Virus record (IMG/VR): IMGVR_UViG_3300020583_000010
Coordinates: 1 to 64,000 of that record
Strand: one strand, 5' to 3'
DNA length: 64,000 nucleotides
From: a virus
The number at the start of each line of letters is the position of its first letter. The stretch's first letter is position 1. Shown one piece after another: positions 44,869 to 55,215 of this stretch. The notes beneath the pieces are model-generated. The model saw only the letters and a list, made by a program, of their open reading frames with translations. It was not told the origin of the DNA and did no database searches. Both the position numbers and the translations under genes were made by a program.

Positions 44869-45276
44869 CTACTTAGGAACTCCTCGGCCACGCTCAAGTT
44901 CTTTTTTAGCTTCGGCCTCTAAATAATCTCTTGAGATAGAAAGGCCGTGCATATTAGAAACTCCGCGATAGTCGAATCTCTCATTTGGACTGACTTTATA
45001 ATTTACAATAGGGTTAGGAATGGTAGAAGGACCAGTTTTAAACTTTACCTTTCCCCACTGCGCTTCCTGCTCTTCTTCTGTAAGCTCTAGCCAAGACTTA
45101 CCATGGATGTCTTTAGTGCGCTCAAACTCTGGTGAGTCTTTGCCTACTTCTAACTCCTGCCCGGCTAACCAGCTATATCCAAAAGCGGTTAATCCATCTT
45201 CTACAAAATGAATGAGGATTGTCTCTGGCTTAACTACTTTACTTGCAGTATTTGCTGCTCTAGGCGCTGCTGGCAT
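44869..45276 (-). CDS. Hypothetical virion-associated protein
   Basis: AGGAGG RBS; after the capsid gene. Confidence 0.7.
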   Translation of the reverse strand: MPAAPRAANTASKVVKPETILIHFVEDGLTAFGYSWLAGQELEVGKDSPEFERTKDIHGKSWLELTEEEQEAQWGKVKFKTGPSTIPNPIVNYKVSPNERFDYRGVSNMHGLSISRDYLEAEAKKELERGRGVPK

Positions 45277-45293
45277 TATGGCCTCCTGGGCTC

Positions 45294-45566
45294 TTATGAG
45301 GTACTTGCGAATCTGACACTGAATGTAATACTTGACGCTGTTGTATTACGAATATACAACTCTGCCCCACCGGCAGCAAAAGGGCCACCTGTGACTGGAT
45401 AAGTCGGAGTACTCACTGAAGATGAAGGAACCTGAACAAGGCCACTTGCCCCTCCGCCGAATATCTCGAATACTCCAGCAGTGGCTGTAATACTTGTGGT
45501 AGCGAATAAACCAACCGTAGTGCTAGCGGCTAGTGTGACTGAACCGACATAATTTGTAGCAGCCAT
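45294..45566 (-). CDS. Small beta-rich virion protein
   Basis: Ser/Thr/Ala-rich; has its own late motif and RBS. Confidence 0.7.
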   Translation of the reverse strand: MAATNYVGSVTLAASTTVGLFATTSITATAGVFEIFGGGASGLVQVPSSSVSTPTYPVTGGPFAAGGAELYIRNTTASSITFSVRFASTS

Positions 45567-45666
45567 AATGACTCCTTAAAGATTAATCTCTATCTTATAA
45601 TCGGAATAGGCACTTAGTCATGTAATCTGTAACTTCACATATCTTATTTATAAAGTCTGGATATGA

Positions 45667-45696
45667 CAAAATCCCCTATATCTCAAGGGGACTTTG
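45667..45696. terminator. Terminator after the major capsid gene
   Basis: CAAAATCCCCT/AGGGGACTTTG hairpin with T tracts. Confidence 0.7.
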
Positions 45697-45723
45697 CTTT
45701 TGCTACTAAATCATAAATGCAGG

Positions 45724-46827
45724 TCAGCCTGCATTCGAGCAGTAGATAAACTGCTCAGGTCTTTCGACTATAGGGAGGTACTGTAGCTCCATTAGAACCA
45801 CTCGGGCTGACGGGTCTTTCTCTAGCCAAGACTTGGTGAACTTGCCGTACACATCGTCTCCGGCCTCAAGGTCAGGAGACTTACCATAGACCATGGTCAC
45901 TGGCTGTCCCTGAGTGTAGTTGCCTAGGAAGACTTCTGGGTTACCAGAGGTACCATCACCGACGAAACGAGTGTTGTTACCAGCTGTGTTAGTGTACAGC
46001 TCGTCTACTGCATGCCAGTCAAGTCCCATGAATCCTGGTAGGCCCTGACCCTTGTAGTAGGCATCCTTCATAGTGTCAGAAAGAAGCCCACCAACAGCTG
46101 CGGCACCAAGACTGCTTGGTGAGTTAGGAGCAGCATTAGTCTGAATTGAAGAAGTAGCACCACCAGTGTTAAGTGAGACTGTAGCGACACCACGGTTTAC
46201 CCACGCGTCAATGATCTTCTGCACTGTTACAGAAGAACAGTAGGCGTCAGTAGCAGGTACACGACCGTGGGTCTCGACTAGACGCTTCCACGCGAACACG
46301 TCATCTACGATGTTCTGAGGAGTGGCACTTGACCACACTACCGCAGGACTCACTAGATGAGAACTTGGGAACTGGTAGTTAATTGTAACACTTGAACCAT
46401 CCTGGTAAGCAATGGTTGAAGAGCCGCGAAGAGCATTCCAGAGCAGGTATTCCTGCTCAAGGTCGATAGAGTCAGACATTCCCTGAAGTTCACGCATAAC
46501 CTTGCGCTCAGCGTTAGTCTGGTTGATAGTGCCAGGCTCACGAAGCCAACGTAGAAGCTGACCCTGAAAGGTCTTCTTGATACGTGAGTAAGCTAGTTTG
46601 GCATAGCCAGAGCTGTTACCAAGTTGGTTCTGAAGAATGGCCTCGGCGCCGGGAACATTGAACCCGGCAAGCTGACGAGCACCCTTCTCGATGTCCCAAG
46701 CTACATAGTCAGGACCATCAGAGGGGCGTGATGGAATAGTGTTTAGAAGTGCAAGGTCCTGCGGTGTCACAAATTTCTGGACAACGCGGTTCAGAACCAT
46801 GGGTTCCAAAAGGGAAATATCTGGCAC
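45724..46827 (-). CDS. Major capsid protein (lambda gpE-like, HK97 fold)
   Basis: Size, synteny, EYLLWNALRG and a C-terminal KSW..KDP..LP.V..P motif. Confidence 0.88.
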   Translation of the reverse strand: MPDISLLEPMVLNRVVQKFVTPQDLALLNTIPSRPSDGPDYVAWDIEKGARQLAGFNVPGAEAILQNQLGNSSGYAKLAYSRIKKTFQGQLLRWLREPGTINQTNAERKVMRELQGMSDSIDLEQEYLLWNALRGSSTIAYQDGSSVTINYQFPSSHLVSPAVVWSSATPQNIVDDVFAWKRLVETHGRVPATDAYCSSVTVQKIIDAWVNRGVATVSLNTGGATSSIQTNAAPNSPSSLGAAAVGGLLSDTMKDAYYKGQGLPGFMGLDWHAVDELYTNTAGNNTRFVGDGTSGNPEVFLGNYTQGQPVTMVYGKSPDLEAGDDVYGKFTKSWLEKDPSARVVLMELQYLPIVERPEQFIYCSNAG

Positions 46828-46977
46828 AGTTTTCTCTTTTCCGTGAGGAAAGTGACTAAGGTTATAATTACCGTAAAACAGTAACCCGGCACTCTGTGCC
46901 TACCTTATATATCGGAGTAGTATTGCAAAGCTGTCGATTATGTGTTAAACTTCGTAATAAACTACAAAAGGAAAGTA

Positions 46978-47619
46978 ATGGGCACTAGAGCAGAGCGTTT
47001 ATGGGATAAGTCAGATAGAGATTGCATAGTGTGCGGGGATACTTACACACCAGTAAGACACTCACAAAAGTTCTGTCCACCCCCTAAACGGTGCAGGTAT
47101 ACCAATAAAGCTCGTTTATTGTCTAGAAATTCTAATCCTCATCCTCTTATATGTAAAGACTGCGGAAAAGACTTTATGCCTAGAGCCTCAAATCAATATA
47201 CTTGTGGGATGAATTGCCCTGGAAGGCCTCAAAGATTTAAGAAATGTGCCAATGCTTTCTGTAGTAAGAAATTTGCGATCAGCAGGAATGGCTCAGCTAC
47301 TCGCCAAATATTCTGCTCGACTAGTTGTAGAAATAAAGAAGAGGCATTCCGTAAGTATAAGATGACATCTAGAGACTACCTTAAGATGTTAAAAGCTCAG
47401 GGAGGAAATTGCCTAGCGTGTGGCGAACAACCTGAGGAAGGAAGGCGCCTAGTAGTTGCTCATGACCACAGTTGCTGCCCAGGACAATATAACTGTGGTA
47501 CGTGCATAAAAGGGTTACTCCATATTGAGTGCAATATCCTGGAGGGGCTATTTACAGATAACCCTAATCGGCTGGTGAAAGCAGCAACGCACTTCATGTC
47601 CAGTATAAAGTACAGATAA
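46978..47619 (+). CDS. Endonuclease VII-like HNH protein with N-terminal Zn-finger repeats
   Basis: CxxCG..F..QxFC repeats; QGGNCLACG..AHDH..C..C.KGLL..ECN. AAGGA RBS before ATG 46978. It is the only clear plus-strand gene. Confidence 0.85.
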   Translation: MGTRAERLWDKSDRDCIVCGDTYTPVRHSQKFCPPPKRCRYTNKARLLSRNSNPHPLICKDCGKDFMPRASNQYTCGMNCPGRPQRFKKCANAFCSKKFAISRNGSATRQIFCSTSCRNKEEAFRKYKMTSRDYLKMLKAQGGNCLACGEQPEEGRRLVVAHDHSCCPGQYNCGTCIKGLLHIECNILEGLFTDNPNRLVKAATHFMSSIKYR

Positions 47620-47623
47620 AATG

Positions 47624-47657
47624 CAAAATCCCGCTACCTGTTAAGTAGCGGGATCTT
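47624..47657. terminator. Terminator between convergent genes
   Basis: Perfect 10-bp stem ATCCCGCTAC/GTAGCGGGAT. Confidence 0.75.
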
Positions 47658-47671
47658 ACAGTGGGAAGATC

Positions 47672-48163
47672 TTAGAAGTAGAAGTACCCGACAGAGTTGT
47701 CTAGGCGTCCTACTAGCTTAGTGATAGCATTAGCATCTAGGCCAGACACAACCTGGTAGTTTACAACACCACGGTCCACAACAAGTCCGAAGACTGCCTG
47801 GGCTGGAGTACCGGAGGCTGTACCGCCGGTATCAACACCGTTGCGAAGGAAGCCTACAGGAATCTGAAGACCTGGATCACTCGCACTAGAGCTGTATACT
47901 CCGTACATGTACTGATTTACACCAGCAGCTGTGTACTGAGCAATTACAGTTCCAGTAGGGATAATTCCCTGACCCGGAGCAAGCATAGCTCCACGCTCGC
48001 GCCAGCCACCCTTAGTTGAAGCTAGAAGCTCCAGGACCGCAGGGGCGTGGAAGGCATCACCAAAAGTGCTACCATATGTGTGAAGAGGATCGGTAAACCC
48101 GGGAACCGGGATAACTGGGTAGGAGTCGCCCGGTGTGTATGAAGGCGGAGTTGGAGCAGGCAT
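47672..48163 (-). CDS. Head decoration protein (lambda gpD-like)
   Basis: Between protease and capsid; GIIPTGTVI..Y..Y motif. Confidence 0.75.
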   Translation of the reverse strand: MPAPTPPSYTPGDSYPVIPVPGFTDPLHTYGSTFGDAFHAPAVLELLASTKGGWRERGAMLAPGQGIIPTGTVIAQYTAAGVNQYMYGVYSSSASDPGLQIPVGFLRNGVDTGGTASGTPAQAVFGLVVDRGVVNYQVVSGLDANAITKLVGRLDNSVGYFYF

Positions 48164-48196
48164 AGTTTATATTCCCTATTCCCTTAGTAGGCGACT

Positions 48197-49369
48197 TTAC
48201 TTGGCAAAGTTCTTGGTATAGCGCTCTACTTCAGCGTCAATATCAAGTTCTTCTTGCTGGGCTGCTGGAGCCTGTTCCTGTCCTGCCATACTGCCAAGTT
48301 TAACAAGTGGCTCAGAAGGAATCAACTTATCGAACATCTCAGGATTAGTTAGACGTAGATCAACATAAGTATCCTTCTGGTGAGGAAGAATATAGCCTTC
48401 ATTAATCAGAGCCTGAACAATGTGCCCGGCACGATCCTTTTCCAAGGTCTCGATACGAGCTGAAAGAGATACTTTCTCCTGGGCTAGTTCAGCAATAGCG
48501 CCGACTAGTGTCTCAGTATCTACAGTATTATCAGTACTAGAAAGCTCAAGGGTCTCAGCAAGCTGAGTAGCAAGCTGGTTAGAGAGCTCCGTAGCAGCGG
48601 ATGCCTCTTCAGCCTGAGCCTGAAGAGCCTCGACATCAATGCCGTGGTTCTCAAGCAGAGCTGCAATCAACTCGTCAAGAGTCATTGGGATCTCCTCAGT
48701 AGGCGTAGACGCCTGGAGCGTCTCATCAATCAAACTATCGGCAGGTTCTTGCAACTCTTCAGAAACTTCAGTAATTTCCTGTGTTTCTTCGGCTATTGCG
48801 GCAGTATATACAACTATATCAGTGTCTTCACTTGAATTAGAAGCTGAAATAAGTTCTTTGTAGTCTTCAAGTCCAGTGACATAAGGACGATTAGTGATAG
48901 CCACATGAAGAAGAGTTGGTCCTACTTTTTCGCCAGTCCTAGTATCAGTATAGTTAGTACTTAACATAGCTGAAGCACCTAGCCATGTCTTTCCCATTTT
49001 ATCCTTCGCATCAGCCCTGCGCGCATCAATTACTGCGTAAACTTTCCCATTACGCTCGCGGACTTCTACTACTTCCCCTACATTACGGTCTGGGTCTTCT
49101 GAATGCAAATTCTGTGCATCAGCAAGTGGAACTTGCACTATATCGCAAATACCATCATCAAAGTTCTTTCTCAACTTGGAGATAAACTCATCATCAATAT
49201 TGATTTCGGCTTTAGTTACAGGGTGAATAAGAATTCCCTTATTCAATATATGCTTCTCAAATAATGTTCCATTTTTAGTGCGGGCAAGTTCAACCCATTC
49301 ACTGTCTTCAGAAGGGAACACTGAGAGTTCGACCCTATCAGCCTGTGGTGTTGTTACCTTCTTGGACAT
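48197..49369 (-). CDS. Prohead protease/scaffold (Mu gpI-like)
   Basis: LLHVAITNRPYV motif; acidic helical C-terminus. Confidence 0.85.
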   Translation of the reverse strand: MSKKVTTPQADRVELSVFPSEDSEWVELARTKNGTLFEKHILNKGILIHPVTKAEINIDDEFISKLRKNFDDGICDIVQVPLADAQNLHSEDPDRNVGEVVEVRERNGKVYAVIDARRADAKDKMGKTWLGASAMLSTNYTDTRTGEKVGPTLLHVAITNRPYVTGLEDYKELISASNSSEDTDIVVYTAAIAEETQEITEVSEELQEPADSLIDETLQASTPTEEIPMTLDELIAALLENHGIDVEALQAQAEEASAATELSNQLATQLAETLELSSTDNTVDTETLVGAIAELAQEKVSLSARIETLEKDRAGHIVQALINEGYILPHQKDTYVDLRLTNPEMFDKLIPSEPLVKLGSMAGQEQAPAAQQEELDIDAEVERYTKNFAK

Positions 49370-49412
49370 AGGAACTCCTTGTAAAGTCTACTACTAGAAT
49401 TTATCGGACATC

Positions 49413-51215
49413 TTAGTGCCCTCTATCTCGTTCTTTTCTGCGTTCTTTTTCCTGCTGCAACTTAGATTTAGGACTCTGTACTTCTATCTTGGCCTTTGGC
49501 TTGGTATTTCCAGGATTCTTTTCAGTAGCCGCAGCAGCTCTTTTGACAGCAGGATGTGGGGCAGCGGACACTTTCTTAGCTTGAGTTACTTTTTTAGCAG
49601 CTGATACTTTTTTCGCTGCTGGAGGTTTAGAAGTCGTTGCCTTAGCAGGTACAGCCTGTGTGCTTGTAGACTTTGCTCCGGGAACTGGGGGTGTCACTTT
49701 AGGAGGTGGCAGTGGTTGACCGTTAGGTCCTATCCCCTGCTGCTGAGCAGCAAGAGGGTCGGCTGCTGCCTCAAGAGCATTATTCTGCTGAACAAGATTA
49801 GTTTTGAATGTAAGTTGCTGAAGTTGATCATTCTGCTGGTTCTGTTTAGCAAACTGACTTTGCAGAGTGTCAGCATCAAGGTTAAGACCAACATCTTCAG
49901 CCCACTTGAGCTGGAGTGCCTGTGAGATCTCAGGTGCGATATTAGTTTCAGGAGCTATAGCAATCTGACTGAAGGCTGCCTGAATAGCGTCCTTCTGCTC
50001 ATCAGTGAAAGGTCCCCAATGGAAGGTAGGATAATTTCCAGTACCGAAATTCCAGTCAATGAACCTAGGTATCAACTGATTATTTATCATGGAAGCCACA
50101 TCATCCATGATAGTCTCAAGCATCTGAATGAATAATGTATCATCCTGTGAGCTGAAGTTCACTAATGGACTTTTGCCTCCAGTATCATTTCCATCAAAGA
50201 AACTTGCTAACACAGACTCAGACATCATATGGTTGTGGTACTCAATAGCTGGCATAAAGTCAAACTTGCCAGACTCCTGCAAGGATGTAACAGTCCAGTC
50301 AATAGGAACCGCCATCCACTGCTGTGACCCTAACTCACTCAAGGCACGAAGGAAGTGATCTTTATCTGCCTTATTTGGGTTTGGTGGCATAGTACCTATA
50401 CGAGTACCCAGAGCACCCTTCTGTGCTGCTAGGTGCATCAAGTACTCTAACTTCTTCTTCTTGTCATAATGCCAGAAAGCTGTCGCGAACATAGATACCC
50501 CATATAGAGGGTCTATCTCAGAGTTGCAGACATACATCATCATATCATCTGCTGGAAGTTCTACATCTATGTACCGGTTATTCACATAAGCTATCTGACG
50601 CCATCCGGCGAATTCATTATTATCATTAGTCAAGTAATGAACAGTCTCTGAAGGACGATAAGACGCCTTACGCAGAGTTATTTTGCCAGCTAGAGGACCT
50701 TGTTTAGGTACCCAGTATACTAACTCAAAAGCGGAGAACCCGTAGAATACTCCAAGTAATACTTGAGATATAAGCTGATTAATAGGAACTACCATTCCAC
50801 CAGACGCCGGGGGCATGTTCAACATCAGATCAATAAAGCTGGCCTCTTCTTCGCCTCCCTCAACTCCTGATATTGGCAGTATAGTAGATGTTTTAAGACT
50901 AGATCTGATAGGAAGAGTAATTAGACGGTATAATGCTTGAGCATGTCCATCAGTCTTAAGCATTGCCTCAAGCTGGGCAACCTTTACTTTCTCTTTATTC
51001 CATACCTCATGGAGACCATGATACATGGTAGAGAAAGGCCATGAGTATGTAACACCACGCTCGAAGTTTAATTCCTTCTTACGTGGCTTTGGCAAAATAA
51101 CACCAGCATCTCCAATAACACCCATGTTACTAGGTCCGGTTATCCCGGAATTTGCGAAACCTCTGTTTTCGGCATTTGTAGCGAGGTTTACAATCTCTTC
51201 TTCACTATCAGGCAC
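49413..51215 (-). CDS. Portal protein (Mu gp29/DUF935-like) with Lys/Ala/Pro-rich tail
   Basis: YGFSAFELVY, PLYG.S and INNQLIP..IDWNF. Confidence 0.88.
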   Translation of the reverse strand: MPDSEEEIVNLATNAENRGFANSGITGPSNMGVIGDAGVILPKPRKKELNFERGVTYSWPFSTMYHGLHEVWNKEKVKVAQLEAMLKTDGHAQALYRLITLPIRSSLKTSTILPISGVEGGEEEASFIDLMLNMPPASGGMVVPINQLISQVLLGVFYGFSAFELVYWVPKQGPLAGKITLRKASYRPSETVHYLTNDNNEFAGWRQIAYVNNRYIDVELPADDMMMYVCNSEIDPLYGVSMFATAFWHYDKKKKLEYLMHLAAQKGALGTRIGTMPPNPNKADKDHFLRALSELGSQQWMAVPIDWTVTSLQESGKFDFMPAIEYHNHMMSESVLASFFDGNDTGGKSPLVNFSSQDDTLFIQMLETIMDDVASMINNQLIPRFIDWNFGTGNYPTFHWGPFTDEQKDAIQAAFSQIAIAPETNIAPEISQALQLKWAEDVGLNLDADTLQSQFAKQNQQNDQLQQLTFKTNLVQQNNALEAAADPLAAQQQGIGPNGQPLPPPKVTPPVPGAKSTSTQAVPAKATTSKPPAAKKVSAAKKVTQAKKVSAAPHPAVKRAAAATEKNPGNTKPKAKIEVQSPKSKLQQEKERRKERDRGH

Positions 51216-52092
51216 TTATATACTCCTTAACTAATTTCTTAACTTTAGAAGTTAAGGAAATGTCAAAGTACTCTAATCCTTTTACAGGTTCCTGACCATC
51301 TAGTTTTAATTCCCTGAGTACATACAACTCTGTCTGTCTAGCTTTCCCTTCTTCTAGTACTGGAGAAAGGTATGTTACTATTTGAAATCCAACCTCCCTG
51401 TGCCTCTTTAGCCTTCTGTTCGCATCACCTGAAGTAATTCCTACTTTAACTAATTCTTCATCTTCATTAACTACTATATAAACTCGATTCCATAACTTGC
51501 CTACACAAGTCAGGCATATCCCCTGACCCCCTAAGACCGAGTGAGCATCCACAAAGCAGTTATGTCCTTCGGCACATGTAACTTCATAACTGTAATGAGT
51601 TCCTCTCCAGGCACTATAGTTAGGTGAAGCTCCTAGTTCTTGCATCCTCTGTAGAAACTTTACTTCAGTGGAGGCAACACGTTTCTTACTGTAACAAACT
51701 TTACAGTGTCTATTTCGTGACAGAGTACCTGGATATTTTCTAGTTACATGTCCTTCACTACATCTGACAGCATACGATGTCTTCGATCCTGTATATTCAT
51801 CAAACTCAGGAGTATATCCATATAGAGTCAACTGAGTTAGAAACTTATCTTCGCCTTTTCTTAACTGTCTAGAATTTGCGCAGCGGAGACAAGGAGATTT
51901 GCCAGAAAATAAGTTCATAGCTGTCGGATAGCAGTAGTGCCCGTCAGAGCAAAGTACTTTGTAATGACTGGCGGCCTTAGTGTACTCAGTGTCTAAAAGA
52001 CTATGACCATTCTGCTCCAATAGATTCTTGAGTTTGTTATACTGAGATACTTTTACTTCTGGGTTAATTGGCATAGTCTCTCCTCTCAACAT
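51208..52092 (-). CDS. Free-standing GIY-YIG (T5orf172-like) endonuclease with zinc-ribbon repeats
   Basis: Three C..GH..C..C units; VYI..VKVGIT..RRL..E..EYF. Confidence 0.8.
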   Translation of the reverse strand: MLRGETMPINPEVKVSQYNKLKNLLEQNGHSLLDTEYTKAASHYKVLCSDGHYCYPTAMNLFSGKSPCLRCANSRQLRKGEDKFLTQLTLYGYTPEFDEYTGSKTSYAVRCSEGHVTRKYPGTLSRNRHCKVCYSKKRVASTEVKFLQRMQELGASPNYSAWRGTHYSYEVTCAEGHNCFVDAHSVLGGQGICLTCVGKLWNRVYIVVNEDEELVKVGITSGDANRRLKRHREVGFQIVTYLSPVLEEGKARQTELYVLRELKLDGQEPVKGLEYFDISLTSKVKKLVKEYISA

Positions 52093-52123
52093 AATCCGGC
52101 CTACACTAGTATATCATCGGTTA

Positions 52124-54412
52124 TCACCAATCTCCGGCATAATACTCACTAGGAGGTTCCCATACTTCCCCAGAAATAGGGATATTAAAATCAATATCCA
52201 TATGATCGAAACTATTACTACTGAAAGCTGACTCTGAATGAGTTCCCATAATAAACTCTGGTGCTGTATAATAGGCTCTTGCCCCCATGGGATCTTCTTC
52301 TCCCCCCATCATTATAGCGCCGACAGCAGAGCAAGCCAGTGCATCTGCCTGGTCTTTTGAACTAAATGTGGTATGGTCCACTTTTCCGTTCGGCTTCTTT
52401 GTCAGACAGAATAATTCTACCTTAAGAGAATCATTATCTGGCAAACTTATTCTTTGAGACTCCATCAGGTCTCTCAATGCTTTCCAAGGTTCTTCAGATC
52501 TGTCTGTAGAAATTAAAGGAGACTGTATTCCCATAGCCTCGAATGTCTGTCTCGACTCCACGCTGTTGTGTACAAACACACCAGCAGACAGGGCAAAGTT
52601 GTGATGACCTTCAACTGTAAGATCATATACGTCTTCAGGAGAAGATGACCTAATAGCAACTACTTTATGATTATTTATACTGCACCCCTGACCGAACTCT
52701 CTTAACTTATAGTAAGGCATCAAACTTTGGCCCAGTTCTAGATTTTGAGCTTCTAAATATGCCCCATCACGCAGCATAAATGGATGATCTGAGGTACACT
52801 TTATCTTGGCTCCATTATCAAGTTCTACCTCTAACATATCCTCACGAAAACCAGTTTTCCAAGCTTTAGTACACTTACCAGGTACCATTTTTCCGTCTTT
52901 AAATGCATATAACCAGAATGGATCTGAGTCTTCCAACTCTTTTAGAGTTTTAGTAGACCCGTCTAATAAAGGAATCTCTGTATCCCCTGAAAGACAGTTG
53001 TACCCATCATAGGAGAACTGCGGTATATGAAAACCTCTTCGACGTAGTGCCCCCCATAACTCTCTAGCCCAGCGGATCTGGATCTCACGAGGTGGGCTGA
53101 CTGTAATATCTGCCTCAAAAGCTATAACAAAATCAGTGGTCACTATAACCTCTGGCTCAAAGATTGTCTTAGGACCATCTTCTGTTATAACTTCCTTGTC
53201 TACCATACTGGTACGTACAACATGAGACATGGCCACCCCGGCTTTGTCTCCTGTGAGAGCTAGGTCGGCATGCATAGCATATCGAGCACCCACAATAGGA
53301 TAGAAGTCATCCCTGAATATAAACTTGGGAGTCCATGTTCGCCCACCCTCCGAGTAATACTCTACTGTTACTGCTGGCTGCTCTTCCTTCCTTATACAAG
53401 CTTCAATAGCCATTGTGTTCTTGAAATAAGGATCAGCCGCGTGTTTCGGCTTGCACTCGTACTTAGCCTCTGCCTGTGTTTTATTACGCTGATACTGGGC
53501 ATCAAAGTCTTTTTTAGAACGGTTAGGATTTACTTCCCACGTTGGGAAAGGTCCCGACACATACCACTTAGAAGACTTACCTTGTCTTATCTTATTCTTA
53601 TTTCCTTCTTCGGTCAAATTCTGAATAGTGGAACCTAAGTATCTTGGATAACTAATGAATATCTGTTTGAAGACTTCTGGGAACCTTGTACTTGAAGAAG
53701 ATTCCATCATATTCATAATATGCTCAGCAGTATTCTCGGCCTCGCGGGCAGTAGCAAGTCTAGTTTTGGCTACATCTGCCTGAGTCTTGAAACCATCGAT
53801 CTCATCACACACACCAAAAAGAAGGTTAAGCCCCTCCTGGGATTCTGCCTTAGAATGCCCAGAAATTGCTATTAAACTTTTATCGAAGATAATCTGTCCA
53901 TTAGTGACATCTACTCTATCTTTAAACCAACCTCTATTAACATTCTTCTTTAGTGGGTTAAAGAAAGCCTTTTGTGCCTGGTCGGCATTAATAGCAATGT
54001 TCAACATATGAACATCGTCATCTTCAGGTATTTTATAGTATAATTGAGGATCTTTAAGGCACATGAATAGATAAGCTGCTCTAAGCAGGGCAAACCGCAC
54101 ACTAGAATCTTTTCCGCCGCCCTTACCCCACTGAGCCACAAGGTAATTTACTAATCTTATATCTTCATCCCAATAGGAATAGTGTGTGGCTAATCTAGGG
54201 TACAGGCCTGGAAAGTATATTCTCTCTGCATGTCTGATAAAGTCAGTCTGTATAGGGCTGGGTGTGAAACCTCGCATCCCCAGATACTTTTTATCCTGAA
54301 GAAATACATCAAGAGGTACTGGTATCTCTGTAAGTAGGTCCTCTAGTGAAGACTCTTTTACAGCAGTTGTAGTAGGTTTAGGTAGAGTAAATAACTCATC
54401 AAATTTCGACAC
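52124..54412 (-). CDS. terL: Terminase large subunit, intein-containing
   Basis: GKGGGKD Walker A, CDEID Walker B, and HADLA..D and KDQADA nuclease motifs. Confidence 0.92.
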   Translation of the reverse strand: MSKFDELFTLPKPTTTAVKESSLEDLLTEIPVPLDVFLQDKKYLGMRGFTPSPIQTDFIRHAERIYFPGLYPRLATHYSYWDEDIRLVNYLVAQWGKGGGKDSSVRFALLRAAYLFMCLKDPQLYYKIPEDDDVHMLNIAINADQAQKAFFNPLKKNVNRGWFKDRVDVTNGQIIFDKSLIAISGHSKAESQEGLNLLFGVCDEIDGFKTQADVAKTRLATAREAENTAEHIMNMMESSSSTRFPEVFKQIFISYPRYLGSTIQNLTEEGNKNKIRQGKSSKWYVSGPFPTWEVNPNRSKKDFDAQYQRNKTQAEAKYECKPKHAADPYFKNTMAIEACIRKEEQPAVTVEYYSEGGRTWTPKFIFRDDFYPIVGARYAMHADLALTGDKAGVAMSHVVRTSMVDKEVITEDGPKTIFEPEVIVTTDFVIAFEADITVSPPREIQIRWARELWGALRRRGFHIPQFSYDGYNCLSGDTEIPLLDGSTKTLKELEDSDPFWLYAFKDGKMVPGKCTKAWKTGFREDMLEVELDNGAKIKCTSDHPFMLRDGAYLEAQNLELGQSLMPYYKLREFGQGCSINNHKVVAIRSSSPEDVYDLTVEGHHNFALSAGVFVHNSVESRQTFEAMGIQSPLISTDRSEEPWKALRDLMESQRISLPDNDSLKVELFCLTKKPNGKVDHTTFSSKDQADALACSAVGAIMMGGEEDPMGARAYYTAPEFIMGTHSESAFSSNSFDHMDIDFNIPISGEVWEPPSEYYAGDW
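52565..52996 (-). mobile_element. Mini-intein (144 aa, no endonuclease) in TerL
   Basis: DGYN|CLSGDT..CTSDHPF..VYDLTV..HNF..VHN|S. Confidence 0.93.
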
Positions 54413-54427
54413 TTTGGGCTCACGGCC

Positions 54428-54538
54428 TCAGTTATTAGGTTTCTTTTTCTTGGTAGCAGATGTAAAGAATTTACGAACACGTTTACGAACCAGAAGTCTA
54501 CCTGGACGTCCTTTAATTACTCTTGACTGCTTGGCCAC
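54428..54538 (-). CDS. 36-aa highly basic microprotein
   Basis: GTG overlaps the upstream stop; MAKQSRVIKGRPGRLLVRKRVRKFFTSATKKKKPNN fills the gap before terL. Confidence 0.6.
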   Translation of the reverse strand: MAKQSRVIKGRPGRLLVRKRVRKFFTSATKKKKPNN

Positions 54539-55182
54539 TACTTACTGTCACTGACTTTGATACCCTGCTTCTTAGCGGCAGATACTATTCGTGCCTTAAC
54601 AGAAGCCCAAGTAACACCATTAAGAGGATACTTTTTCTTCACATCTTCATGGTCTATATAACCTAGTGCAGCATGAATATGGTCCGGGTCTAGAGGAAAC
54701 TTTCCATTCTTTGGGTCTCCATATTCAACAGGTCCATACGGTTTAGGACTGCCCTTACTTTTTGACTTAACTGCTGCTAAAGCAACTACTTCATCTAGAG
54801 GACTGGAAAGTTTAACTGCTCCTGGGTGAGCACTTGTCTCATTATTATGAGGTAGGTAATGGTGGAACTGCATAAGATCCATAGCAGCCCGTGCTCTGTT
54901 GTCATGCGGAGCAGTCATGGCACCAGAAGGGTGATGAATTCCAATGAATTTCTTCTTCTTAGTGGCTACTACATGACCTATTTTCATCGCCCCGTGATTA
55001 ACATTGCCTGTAGGTCCCATGGTAAGACCCATAGCATGCATGTTCTCGTTGTCTTCCCACTCATCATGGTCTGTCTGAAGTATAGTATTATCCGGCTCAT
55101 CTGTGGGCTCACTGACAGTAGACTTGGCAGCCTTCTGGCTTTTAGCCAGTTCTAGGATCTGCTCTAGATTATCAGAGGACAT
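54538..55182 (-). CDS. Hypothetical capsid-associated protein
   Basis: C-terminal YGDP..KFPLD..HIHAAL.Y..RI..AAKK.GI domain. Confidence 0.7.
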   Translation of the reverse strand: MSSDNLEQILELAKSQKAAKSTVSEPTDEPDNTILQTDHDEWEDNENMHAMGLTMGPTGNVNHGAMKIGHVVATKKKKFIGIHHPSGAMTAPHDNRARAAMDLMQFHHYLPHNNETSAHPGAVKLSSPLDEVVALAAVKSKSKGSPKPYGPVEYGDPKNGKFPLDPDHIHAALGYIDHEDVKKKYPLNGVTWASVKARIVSAAKKQGIKVSDSK

Positions 55183-55215
55183 AACTTTACTCCAAGCTGC
55201 GAGACATTGTCTGTT

